A DNA stretch of 64,000 bases from Entomortierella parvispora E1425 (lineage: Eukaryota > Fungi > Mortierellomycota). The notes under the pieces were generated by a model, which was not told the DNA's origin, did not search any database, and was given only the letters and a program-made list of their open reading frames with translations. This document shows, piece by piece, positions 35,793 to 46,759 of this stretch (position 1 is the first letter of the stretch; the number at the start of each line of letters is the position of its first letter). Location of the stretch: NCBI GenBank assembly GCA_020891255.1, contig BQFW01000004.1, forward strand, positions 2,170,001 to 2,234,000. Direction: 5' to 3'. Position numbers and translations under genes: made by a program.

Positions 35793-38174
35793 ATGTCCTC
35801 CAGACCCTCAGAGAGTCGTAAGTTTTTAACTCCATAACGATGCAAACACTTTGTCTTGTCTGATTGCCCTCCACTTAACCGTGTCTTGCACAACCATTCA
35901 CCTCCACTAGCATTTGCGACGCCATCCAGAGTTTCGCCTTTGGAGATCAACGAGGTTCTATTCCATATCTTCTCGCTCCTGGACCAAAACACTCTCAAGG
36001 GTGTGATCTTCAATGTGTGCCGCCGATGGCGTTTCGTCTCAACCCGGTATATCATCCGCGCGCTTCGTATGCACCATGATAACACAAAGTGGTTGTTGGG
36101 TCTTCCAAGGCTGCTCTTACAGTTCAATGCATTGGAGGTTGGTCCGAAAATACGGCGGTTGGCTGGGCCTCTTTCTCCTGAAGAGTGTGCTCGGTCGCAC
36201 GAAATGATGAAGCAGCTGATCCAGGCACTCGAGCAGATCCATGCCAACATGACTGACGAGGACCGCTCATCAAGTGCCGAGGACAGTCGGCTTCCTTACG
36301 CCATTGAAGAGAACCGGGATCGCCTCTGGATCCAGAACCTGACCCTGAACCTCCAGGCTCCCAACATGCTTCATCCATTGCTATCCTTGATCATTCCCTC
36401 GAACTTGAGGGAACTCACAATCGACCTTGAGCACAGCATGGATGCTTTTTACCTTGGATCAGTCCTGGACCAATGCTCAGGCCTATTACACTTGACTCTA
36501 AGCTCCCACAAGGTTTTTCCCGCGGGACAAGGACGTGCTCTTTCAAAGAGCATGGCTTGGCTTCACCGCAACTCGACCACAGAAGTCTGTCGTCCTCACC
36601 CCTTGCGCTCTCTTCATATCACCAACATGTGTATCTTGCCGGGCGATCTCCAGTCTTACTTTGCAAGATTGGGAAATCTGACCGAGCTTCATATATACAA
36701 TGTCAGGAGTCGACCCAACTTCTCGGAGCTAGGCACTTTCTTTGACGACACCGCAAGAGGGGAGTTTTGGGAGGCTTTGGCGCGAGACTGTCCGCGGTTG
36801 GAGTCACTTCACTTTCCACTAGTCAAAAACCGCATGGGATATGCTGTTCCAGTAGAGCTCTTCCCTCGGGTGCACGACTACTGCATTGACCATATAGATG
36901 ATAGCGTCGCTGGCTTTCTGGAGGGCATCCTGGAGAGCGGGGCCGAGAGCAGGATCACTACCTTGGAGATTGAATCAAAAGCTGCCACTATTTTCAACCG
37001 CCGATACGGCCGCGTTAACGGAGTCGAGGGCCTCCTGCATCGGATCCTGAGCTCATCGCCACTACTCGTCCACCTGAATACTGGCCCATATCCGATGAAT
37101 CCTTCCGTGTTCTGGGGAAATCATGGTGAGACGGGCGTGTGGGCGTGCAGGCGATTAAAATCGCTGTCTCTCGCATTGAGGAAGCATATGCCTCGCTATC
37201 GAGGAGAAAAGGCCAAGACGCGCCATGTGTTTGCTTATATTAGTCGGTTTTGCCCAGAACTCGAGGAGCTCCACCTGGACGTGCATTGCCCAGGACTGTC
37301 GTTGGAGTCGGGCATTTGTCTTTTGACGCGCCTGAGACATTTGAGGTCGTTGACCTTGAGAGGGAACTATTCATGCACCGACCCGGCGCCCGGTCCACGG
37401 GAGTTTGCCTGGATTCAATCACCCTCCAGTCCTGCAATCATAAGAACCTCCAGAGCCTCGAGTTGGCTTCCTACGTTCCTTGGAGGGTCATCAGGGAAAG
37501 AAGCCCCAAGTGTTCTGGAGGAGGCCTACCTTCACTGTATCGGTCTAGCTCAGTCACTCCATGAGGCCGAGTCAAACTCGGATAGCAAGGTTGGGAAGCA
37601 GCAGGAAAAGCCATATTCACATTCATATTACACGGACCAGCACTACGACGGCTACTACGGCTACTACTCTGATGACAACAACGACCCAGATGAGCAGGAA
37701 GAGGATATAAAGTTTTCAGAGTCATATATCCAAAATGAAGCGTATCTCAAGGTGGTCTCAAGCACAAAGAGCAGAGCCAGGATGCTGCAGCAGCAACGGG
37801 ATAATCAATTTTCGTCAGATTACACGGACCAGGCCTTTCCAATGGTCGATGGATTGGTGGACATGGAGTTTTCTGGATCTTTTCTTGACATTGAGGCGTG
37901 TCTCCGGGCACAATTGCATCGACTCAAGCGATTCCAACGCCTACAGGCACTGCGTCGCAGCGGCCCTTTAGATGAAGTTTTGACCAAAGAGCTCAAAGAA
38001 GCGGCCAGTGCAGCAGAGGTGTGGCCACAAATGAAGAAGATGCATCTGGTCCACGAGAATTGGTGGACCAATCCGGCGGTGACGGCCCGTTCTAAAGCTT
38101 GGGCCCAGGTAGATCAAGGGTGTCAGATATTGCATGAGCTCAGACCAGATATCGCCGTCGTAAGACATGAATAA
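35793..38174 (+). CDS. F-box-like/RNI-like LRR protein, tandem paralogue 3 (about 762 aa; probable intron 35818-35910)
   Basis: MSSRPSES|PFATPSRVSPLEINEVLFHIFSLLDQNTLKGVIFNVCRRW when spliced at GTAAGT..CTAG. It carries the same family motifs plus an internal 64-codon duplication. Confidence 0.83.
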
Positions 38175-38788
38175 ACGATTGTAGATACACGCACACAGAA
38201 TGACTGTCTTCGTGTCTTTCAGACCCTGACCCAGAAAATGTCAATGGCTGCAGGGGGTGTCGCCCATTGGAAAGATGCTTTCCAAACAAAAGAAAACAAA
38301 CAGAAGTAAAGTACCAAAAAAAAAAAAAAAAAAAAAAAAATTACGCGTCATGACCACCCGGAGGCGAAGCCAGAAAGAGTCAACTGCTCTTTATTTTGGA
38401 TCTTGATGCATGTCAACGATCCAAGAGGCTGTTTGAGACGGTTGTCAGTCGGTCTTGCTCTTGAAAGGCTCGCAAAGAAGACGGGGAGTGAGGGCAGGTC
38501 GCGATCCCCTTCTCTTTGGCCTATTGTATGTCCATTCTTTTGTCCCGGGCAGAGGGATCAGGAGCTTTTTTTTTTTTTTTTTTTTTTTTTGTGGAGGGGT
38601 CAGAACGGTGCAAGGCAACCGAGGGGAGTGACTTGACATTCATCATTGGGGGCTGCGGACAAAGGTGATCCTTCGGCGGTCACACAGGTTGACAATGTGG
38701 GCGATGCAGCTTATCTTTTCCACGTTCTTAGTTCTCTTTCCTCTTGTCTGTCAACGCCTCTTCCCTTTCCCGCCCATCCCGAATCACC

Positions 38789-40978
38789 ATGTCCTCCAGA
38801 GTTCAACAGAATCGTAGCCTTCATCTCCAAAGAGCCGTTCGCACTCCTGCTCTGGTTTCAGGTCGAAGCAACCGTTCATCCATCGACCACGGTTCACCAA
38901 CAATGCATGATGTTCCATCGAGACTTTCGCCCCTAGAGATAAACGAGATTTTATCCTCCATCCTCTCGTACCAGGACCAAAACACTCTCAAGACTGTAGT
39001 CTCCCGTGTCTGTCGCCAATGGCGTTCTGTCGCAGCAAGACACATCTTACACGCTCTTTCTTTGCACTCTGACAACCAAAAGTTCTTGAAGGATCTTCCA
39101 AGTCTGCTCCTCAACTTCAACGCGCTGATGATTGGAAGGAAAATAAGACCGTTGGCCCGGCCTCTTTCCGCTGAAGGTATTGCGCAATGGAACGAAATGA
39201 TGGATCAAGTGGTCCTGGCACTGGGGCAGGTCCAACCCAAAACAACAGACGAACACCTTTTGTCAATTGCCCTCGACAGCCCGCTTTCTCACGATGTTGA
39301 AGGCAAGCCTGGCCATCCCCTGATCAGGGTTTTGACCCTGAGCCTCGAGACCCCCAACAAGCTTGATCCATTGCTGTCCATGATGGTTCCTTCAAACTTA
39401 CAGGAACTCATACTCGATCTTGAGTTCAGCATGAACGCTTTCCACCTTGGAACCGTCCTGGATCTGTGCTCAGGCCTGTTGCACTTGACCCTGAGTTCCC
39501 ATAAAGCCGTTCGGGCAATGAGTTTTGGTCTTTCAAAAAGTGGAGCTTGGCTTCACCCCGCCTCGGACAAGGAGAGCCGTCGCCCTCATCCCTTGCGATC
39601 ACTCCATATCCTCAGCATGTGCGTTTCTCCTAGCAGCCTTCAGTCCTACCTGCCAAGGTTGGGGAACCTGATCGAGTTTCATTGTCACGGACCAAGGAGC
39701 GGACAAAACGACGCTGCCGAAGACTCATTCGACTATGCCGTGACAGGATGGACCTTTTGGGAGACTTTGGCTCGAAATTGTCCTTTATTAGGGTCTCTTC
39801 ACTTTGTGCTTGACCGTGTCGGTGGGCATGTGGTGCCGGTGGGGCTGTTCCCTCGAGTGCACGACTATGGTGTCGACTACTATCAACACACCGTTGTCAG
39901 TTTGTTGGAGGGTATCTTGGAAAACGGGATCGAGAACAGGTTGACCAGCCTAGAGATTGTCGAATGCAAAGTTGGCTCATACATAAGATCAGGCCGCTCT
40001 GTTGTGTGCGATATACCCGACTCTATCCTGCACAACTTCCTCTGCTCGGCGCCACTGTTGGTTAATCTGAAGACCGGTCCTCAGCCGATGTGGTCCACTG
40101 TACTATGGGGAAAAGATGGCCGGGGAGGAACATGGGCATGTAGGCGGCTAAAGACGCTGTCCCTCTCATTAGAGTCCGATCTGCTTCAATACCGTGGCGA
40201 CAAGGCTGAAGCACGCCACGTCTTTGCATACATCAGTCGGTTTTGTCCAGAACTCGAGGATCTACATATTGAAGCCGGATGCCCCGGGTTATCACTCAAG
40301 TCTGGTCTTTGTCTTTTGACACGTCTGAGGAACCTTCGGTCGTTGACTCTGAAGGGGGATTTCCTGAGCGATGATCCGCCCAGTCGACGCGAGTTAGCCT
40401 GGATTCAAACACCCACCAGTCCCGGGATCTTTCGGACCTCCAGGGTTTCCAGCTGGCTCCCTAGTTTCCTCCACGCTTCTTCAGAGGGAATGAATGCCCC
40501 CAGTGTCCTCGAAGAGGCGTACCTCTATTGCATCAATATGGTACAGTCACTCGAGAGCAGTGCAGACACAAAGACCAGGCTCAGGATGCTACAACAACAG
40601 AAGGACAATCAATTTTCCTCCGATTACACGGACCAGGCTTTCCCGATGGTGGATGGGTTGGTGGACATGGAGTTTTCTGGTTCTTACCTTGACATTGAGG
40701 CGCGTCTTCATGCACAACTGTATCAACTCCGGCAACTACAACACCTGCAAGCGTTGAGTAATAGCGGCCCGCAAGATGAGGTTTCGATCAAGGAGCTCAA
40801 AGAAGCGGCCAGCGCTGCAGAAGTGTGGCCACGATTGAAGAAGATACGTTTGATCCATGAGTATCCCATGTCCAATCGGGTCGTGACAAGCCTCCGGGAA
40901 CCTTGGCACCATGTGGAAAAAGGCAGCCAAATACTGCATGTGCTCCGACCAGATATTACCGTAGCACGACAACACTGA
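38789..40978 (+). CDS. F-box-like/RNI-like LRR protein, tandem paralogue 4 (729 aa, intronless)
   Basis: PLEINEILSSILSYQDQNTLKTVVSRVCRQWRSVA, WACRRLKTLSL and DGLVDMEFSGSYLDIEARL. The ATG context is ATCACC. Confidence 0.87.
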   Translation: MSSRVQQNRSLHLQRAVRTPALVSGRSNRSSIDHGSPTMHDVPSRLSPLEINEILSSILSYQDQNTLKTVVSRVCRQWRSVAARHILHALSLHSDNQKFLKDLPSLLLNFNALMIGRKIRPLARPLSAEGIAQWNEMMDQVVLALGQVQPKTTDEHLLSIALDSPLSHDVEGKPGHPLIRVLTLSLETPNKLDPLLSMMVPSNLQELILDLEFSMNAFHLGTVLDLCSGLLHLTLSSHKAVRAMSFGLSKSGAWLHPASDKESRRPHPLRSLHILSMCVSPSSLQSYLPRLGNLIEFHCHGPRSGQNDAAEDSFDYAVTGWTFWETLARNCPLLGSLHFVLDRVGGHVVPVGLFPRVHDYGVDYYQHTVVSLLEGILENGIENRLTSLEIVECKVGSYIRSGRSVVCDIPDSILHNFLCSAPLLVNLKTGPQPMWSTVLWGKDGRGGTWACRRLKTLSLSLESDLLQYRGDKAEARHVFAYISRFCPELEDLHIEAGCPGLSLKSGLCLLTRLRNLRSLTLKGDFLSDDPPSRRELAWIQTPTSPGIFRTSRVSSWLPSFLHASSEGMNAPSVLEEAYLYCINMVQSLESSADTKTRLRMLQQQKDNQFSSDYTDQAFPMVDGLVDMEFSGSYLDIEARLHAQLYQLRQLQHLQALSNSGPQDEVSIKELKEAASAAEVWPRLKKIRLIHEYPMSNRVVTSLREPWHHVEKGSQILHVLRPDITVARQH

Positions 40979-41220
40979 ATGGTTACAGGCAGTGCCCACG
41001 CGAGTGTAAATCCAAAGACCTTTAGAATGTATCTCTTTTTTCAAGAAGATGCGTCAGCTGAGGGGGAACAAATGGAGGGTCATTTCTTTCTTGTAGCATG
41101 AGTGGCAATGCAATAATATAGCTGTATCGAATAACCACACAGTGCCTTTATTGTGCCTACACTTTGACAGAGATAAGGGTAAAAAGTGCAGAGCCTTGCT
41201 GTGCTCCTGTGATTCCCCAC

Positions 41221-42683
41221 CTAGACACCATAGTCCAATACCTACATAAAAAAATATACCGTGAGTTGCTTATCCTGCCATAGGCTGCCTTCAAACTGCC
41301 TGACAATATTTACCTCAATGAACGTATTCGATTGTACATTGCTGTCAGCGTTCAGACGCCTTACGGCTGCGACACACCGTCTCTTGTCAAGTTTGACCTG
41401 CCAGACAGCATCGATACCTGTCATGAGGTTTCGGACAAATTTCCCAGACTTGATATCCCATAGCTTTATAGCTCCATCGCTTCCAGAGATAATTTTTGAA
41501 TCGTCGTGGTGAAAGCTGGTGATGGCTGCATCGTGCCCAGTCAGGGTATGCAAACAGATTCCTTGGACTGGATCCCAGATTCGAAGGGTACTATCACCAG
41601 CTGCAGAAATCAAGAGTCCAGGGCCAGGGCACAAGCTCAGCAACCCCACCAGGGATTCGTGACCTAGGAGATCGGCATGGAAGGGAGAAAGGAAAATCAT
41701 CTGGTGGTTTAACAGAATAGGAAAGGAGATAGGCCCGCCCATGCCTTTGCTCTCTTACCTTTCAGTACATGCAAGCAGGTGCCATCCTCGAGCGACCAGA
41801 CTCGGACATCGTCATCCATGCTTCCGCTCATACAAATATGTCGCGCACGATCCAGAGCCACGGAGTAAATCTTTTGGGTGTGCCCTTGCAAACGATGGAC
41901 AAGGGCGCCCGTGCAGATATTCCAGACGCAGACCGTGGTATCGTATGAACCTGAGATGGCTGTGCAGCCCTCAGCCGCTAGGGCACGCACTGAGCTTGTA
42001 TGTCCCGTTAGTGAATGCAAAAGCCAAGAGTCCATGTCTGTTGGCGAGCGATGGCCATTTAGTTCTGGGTTAGGAAGAAGCCAGACGACCAGGGTAGAAT
42101 CTCTAGACCCTGATACGACCACGGGGAACTCGGGCTCATATCGAGGTACTCCTTTTGGATCCGAGTTGACATTCACTGGCATGACGATTTGAAGACAACG
42201 AACTGTTGAAAGGTGGTGTCGAAAGACGTGAGTGCAGACTCCTCTCTCAAGATCCCAAACGCGCACAGTTCGATCTGTTGCACCAGTGACAAGCGTGTTG
42301 CCGACGAATTCAAGACTCCAGACGCCACCTTCGTGTCCTTCCAGCTGGTGAAGCTTCTTCCCGGAGCGTATGTCGGTCACCTCGATGGTCATGTCGTCAT
42401 AGCCAGCCACGATCCTGTCCGCGTCGATCTGCATGCACGTCAGGGAGTAGCTCTCATGTCCCTTAAACTGCGCCCAGTCTTGGTTCCAGTTCCCGCGAAT
42501 CTGTTGGTCGGGGGTCCAAGGTGACAGGGTGCCTTCGACATCCATTTCCTCCTTCTGCCTCTTATCCTCGACAGCATTCCCTGGTGTGGTTTCTGCAGCG
42601 TCCTGCGAGGCTTGCGAAGAGTAGAGACCCCCATCACCCGAGTTTGTTCCTGAGATCTGGTCGCCTAGCAATGGGGTTATCAT
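41221..42683 (-). CDS. Cdc4/Fbw7-type WD40 propeller protein lacking an F-box, 3 exons (42683-41759, 41663-41314, 41241-41221)
   Basis: GHEGGVWSL, TGATDRTVRVWD, STVRCLQI, SGSRDSTLVVW, GHTSSVRAL, SGSYDTTVCVW, GHTQKIYSV, ISGSDGAIKLWD, VWQV..D.RRCVAAV and TFIE|VLDYGV*. Only about 60 low-complexity residues precede the propeller. Confidence 0.88.
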
Positions 42684-43329
42684 TTTAGTCAGAGCGCTCC
42701 GAGGCAGTAAGAGTTGGTCCAGACAAATCGCTCAGGAGCGGATTGAGAAAGTTGAATTGCAAAGAGGGGGTGAAGAGGGGATGAAGAGCAGATGAGCAAA
42801 AAGGAAGACATGCATGTGCATGCGCAGAATGACCACAGACAGCCCAGGGTGCGCACGCGCTGCGCCCTGGTAAAAAAAAAAAAAAAAAAAAAAACAGTCA
42901 TGGTGGCCAGTGCATCAACAGCTTCTCGGTTGCGCTGGATCATCTCTCCGACACAAATGTTGCTACCATGGTTCTGGTACCAAGTAGGACCCCTCGAGGT
43001 CGGGGACTCGAGAGACTCGGGGGCGCCACAGTTTCCGAGCTAATATTAGGGCCCAGTCAGAAGGAGAAGAGCAGCAACAGTGCCCAGGAAGGATGCTACA
43101 ATTGCTAATAGGGTTGAAGAAGTTAAGAGCCCTACGAATTGTATCGCCGTCTCGTGCCATGTGGCACTAGCCGAAGTCGAATTGATGGATTTGCCTGACA
43201 AGAGATGAATCCAGGAGAGAGAACTTGGAAGGGACGACGACAATGGTAATACATGTGCCTCTAGACGTCGTTGTTTATGGTTAGTTTATTAATCATAATG
43301 TCTCTATTGTACAGGGGATGCCGGGATTT

Positions 43330-46300
43330 TTACGCATCCACGAGGAAGGTTCGACAGTTCGGGCACTCTAATTTGATTCTCATCCACTATTCGACAATGA
43401 AAGCGAGATAGAGAAAAAAAAAAGTTAGCAAATGGTAGCCAAGATCCAGGGAAAAGTGGGATGAGCTGAAGACAGGCGAATCTTTTTACCCTCTCAAGAC
43501 ACTCGGTATGGAACAAGTGTCCACATGGCGTCAACATATAGTTGAGCCGTCCAAGACTACCGACCACACTAGACAGTCGCGCTCCAGCACCAGTCGAGGA
43601 AGATGTGGTATCAATGGGAAGCATACAAATGGCACAGTCCTGGTGACGCCCATGTCCTGCTCCTCCTTCCTCAGTCGGCGCAGGAAGGACTGGGTGGTAG
43701 TCATATACTGGCGGAAGATACTACTTGAGATAATCACAAACATCGTTAGTATCGTCACTGAATACTGAACCCATGTCATGCGCTAGGTTGTTTACCTTCT
43801 TAGGAATGAAGAAGCGCGGACCAAGCCAGTCCTGCAGGAGAAGAACCGAGGTCTGCAGCGCGACCCACAAGACCAGCCCCCAGATCCAAGGTGTGGCGTC
43901 ATGGCCCATCAAGTTGCCTGGGCATCCGTAAAAGTAGACCGGAATCACCAGTCTGGTCACACTCATGCCCAGAACAAACAAGTGGCTCAGACCGCGCTTC
44001 GATCCTCGGCTCACGTTCCGGATAATCTGTGGAATCCAGAATGAATAGAGGAGCAGTGCGCTTATGGATATCATCACGTTCTGGATTCGAGTTGAGCTCA
44101 CTGCAATCTCGTAGAGGGTGATCAAACTGGCCAGCAACATCCAATCTATAAAGAAATGAATGAGAAAACAGGGGTGAGCTAGAGGATATCGAGGCACATT
44201 CATCTCTAAACAGTTTGAAACACACTTACAAAATCGGCTGTAGAGGGCCCGCATGTCAGATCTTGGACTGTCATCCTCAACAACGGGAGTTGTCCTAGCG
44301 GCGGTGACAGGGAGTGGGAGGCCACCAGGCATCGTGTCCGTCCGTGAGCCAGCAGCAGGTGTTGTGGCATTGGCTGCAGCGGTAGCGGCTCTTTCTGCAG
44401 CTGCTCTGTTGCGTCTCCCCCGTCGCTCTGGCCTTTGAATTCGCCAAATAACCAACATGTAACGCATCCCAAAGATTGCCACCAGGACAAACGAGAAGAA
44501 TGATGATGCTACAAACGGAATGAAGAGATAGTCTGCGCATCAAATTGGCACGGTCAGTAAAAAAGTCTGTCAAGAGGCTCCACGCTCGAGGGGAGAAAAA
44601 GTGCAGTTACATACCAACAAGGACTCCTGTGGTCAGATGAAACATACAAAGGTATGAATCAAGGAACACTTGAATGGCGATGGACCAATATGACACTTTG
44701 CAGACGCTCTAAATTGAAAGAACGAAAGCTGTCAGCATCCACCAGATTGCAACCGAATCATCAGAAATAAAGATGCAAACAACTGACTCACAGAAGGCGT
44801 AGTAGTATACTCCATTTGGCGGACCAGCAAAAACACTTGAATAAACGCCACCTGCGGGCCCGGAAGAAGAAAATTTGTCAAAACAACCAAGTTTGATGGA
44901 CAGTACTCTAGAAAGTGGGTTGTGTTCTTACCGTGCCTGCCATGAGGGCATAGTTGACGGCTTTGAAATAAAACTTTTCGCGCTTCAATCCTTCTGCATC
45001 CTTGACCCCGATGGTGAGTCGACAGTTGGGCGAGTACATAAACAGGGACGAATTGAGCTCCGGGGCTTTGATTGTTGAGATTCCCTGTGGCGCTGCCCAC
45101 TCTCGCTCCAGATCTTTGAGTAGAGACGACCGAATGCTCGAGTCTACGGCTCCTAGTTGCATGTACATCTGGTAGGTGCAAAGGGAAGGCTCCGAAAGGG
45201 TCATTTCTATAAAGAGAACCGTGTCTAGTCAGCATTTCTGATACTGTCATTTTGTATCTTGCCTCCATTTGTATTCTCTCTACGGGTACAAAGAGACTTG
45301 CCTGGGGTATCAAGTTGTTCGTGGCCGTCCAGTACGTTCTGAAGTGATTTCATCTGTTTTTCATATTGATCCTTAATGGCTGCTGCTGCAAGATCATACG
45401 CCGGTTGGTTGGGCATCAAGTCCAGTACACGCCACATTGGTATATTGGCGCTATTGGAGGAAAAAAAATGAGTTTTTAGAAGACTATTGGCTTGATAACT
45501 CGAATACATTCCACCTGAATCAATATCAAAAAGAGCCACCTACCCTTCTGGGACTCCCCACATGTAAAATGATCCATTAAGGACAAAGTGCACCCCAAGA
45601 ACCTTCAATGAGATGCCATTGTCCTCTCCGTCCTCGTGTTTTAGCCGCCAGGTTCCCTAGTTGGTGAAAGGCCACCATTAGTTCTGGTTCGGAGGCTGTC
45701 CTTGATTCCAATATGACAGAACATACCCTGACCCAATTGACCTGCTCCGTGGCCTTGGTTTCTCTGACGCTAAAAGAAAACGTTCCCGATCGATTGAATT
45801 GGAATGGTCCTTTGAATATATCAAAATCTTCCTGATATTGAGGCTTTGTGGCTTCTATCGTGTCGTTCTGTCCTCCCTCTTTGTCCTTGAGGTCTCTAAA
45901 TCTGTCCTCCAAGCGGGGTTTTTTATCGACGGATGATTCATCGCCGCTGTTTCCGCTCTCCGTTTCGGTCCCATTCTTTTTGGGGTCCTCGCCATCCACT
46001 GGCCAGCGAGGCAAAGGGGGTATCTGTTGATCGATCGATTTTGCAAGACTGTCGTCAAAGTCCCATTTTCCTTTGAAGGATCCTGTGATGTTGTGATAGT
46101 AGTGCCCTGGGTGAGGCACAAAGAGCCGATCCAGCTCCGTGGTCACCACTTGTGGTATAGGCTACAATAGCATGTAAAGTCGGGTTTGTATTTCTGATTG
46201 GCAAGGAAAAGGCACAGCAGGCAAGAATGATAATCAGGCATTCTTACATAGGATACGTTGTGGCCAAAGGTCCTGTTTCCAAAGACAAGGGACTCGTTCC

Positions 46301-46409
46301 TGAGTTCTCCGAGGATCTGGCGGACGTGATCCTGAGGTGCTTCCCTGGAGAGGTTTATGAACCAGAGAATAACGATTGCGGCCAGGATACGGCCCACCGC
46401 CTCTTCCAT
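43330..46409 (-). CDS. TUL1: Golgi/DSC complex transmembrane RING-H2 E3 ubiquitin ligase, multi-exon
   Basis: N-terminal hydrophobic segment, lumenal YYHNITGSFKGKW, multi-TM block (IFGMRYMLVIWRIQ, YSFWIPQIIRNV, GMSVTRL..P.YFYGCP.N, QDWLGPRFFIP) and a C-terminal RING (C..CM...[29 protein letters not shown]). Confidence 0.93.
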
Positions 46410-46759
46410 GGGCTGCTTTTTCTAGAGATGAATGTAAAAAGTCGATGGTCTCTCTTCTAAACCCTTGCGATGAGAGTCGTGTCTGCTTAAAGCTGTTCCT
46501 TTGTCCCTAAAGCTAGCCTCCTGTGCACTGTCCAAGTCTAGTTGTCCGATGTCGGGGATGAGTAGGGAGAGTAATGAAGTTGAATAATGCATGCATTCTT
46601 CACAAGGGCGCAGGCAGATGCAGGTGGCCGCGTGACTGCGACGTGGAGGTGCCTGAATCATGCCCCAATTTACAGCCTGCAGACATGCTAACTAAAAAAA
46701 CACAGGGAAGGGTAGTGGGTATTTTTACAAGTAGTGGTTCGGTCTATCTCTTTCTCTGT

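Noticed and set aside
35354-38350. ACGCGT (MCB) boxes near the F-box genes as cell-cycle elements
   Set aside because: Positions are inconsistent between paralogues, and a 6-mer is expected by chance.
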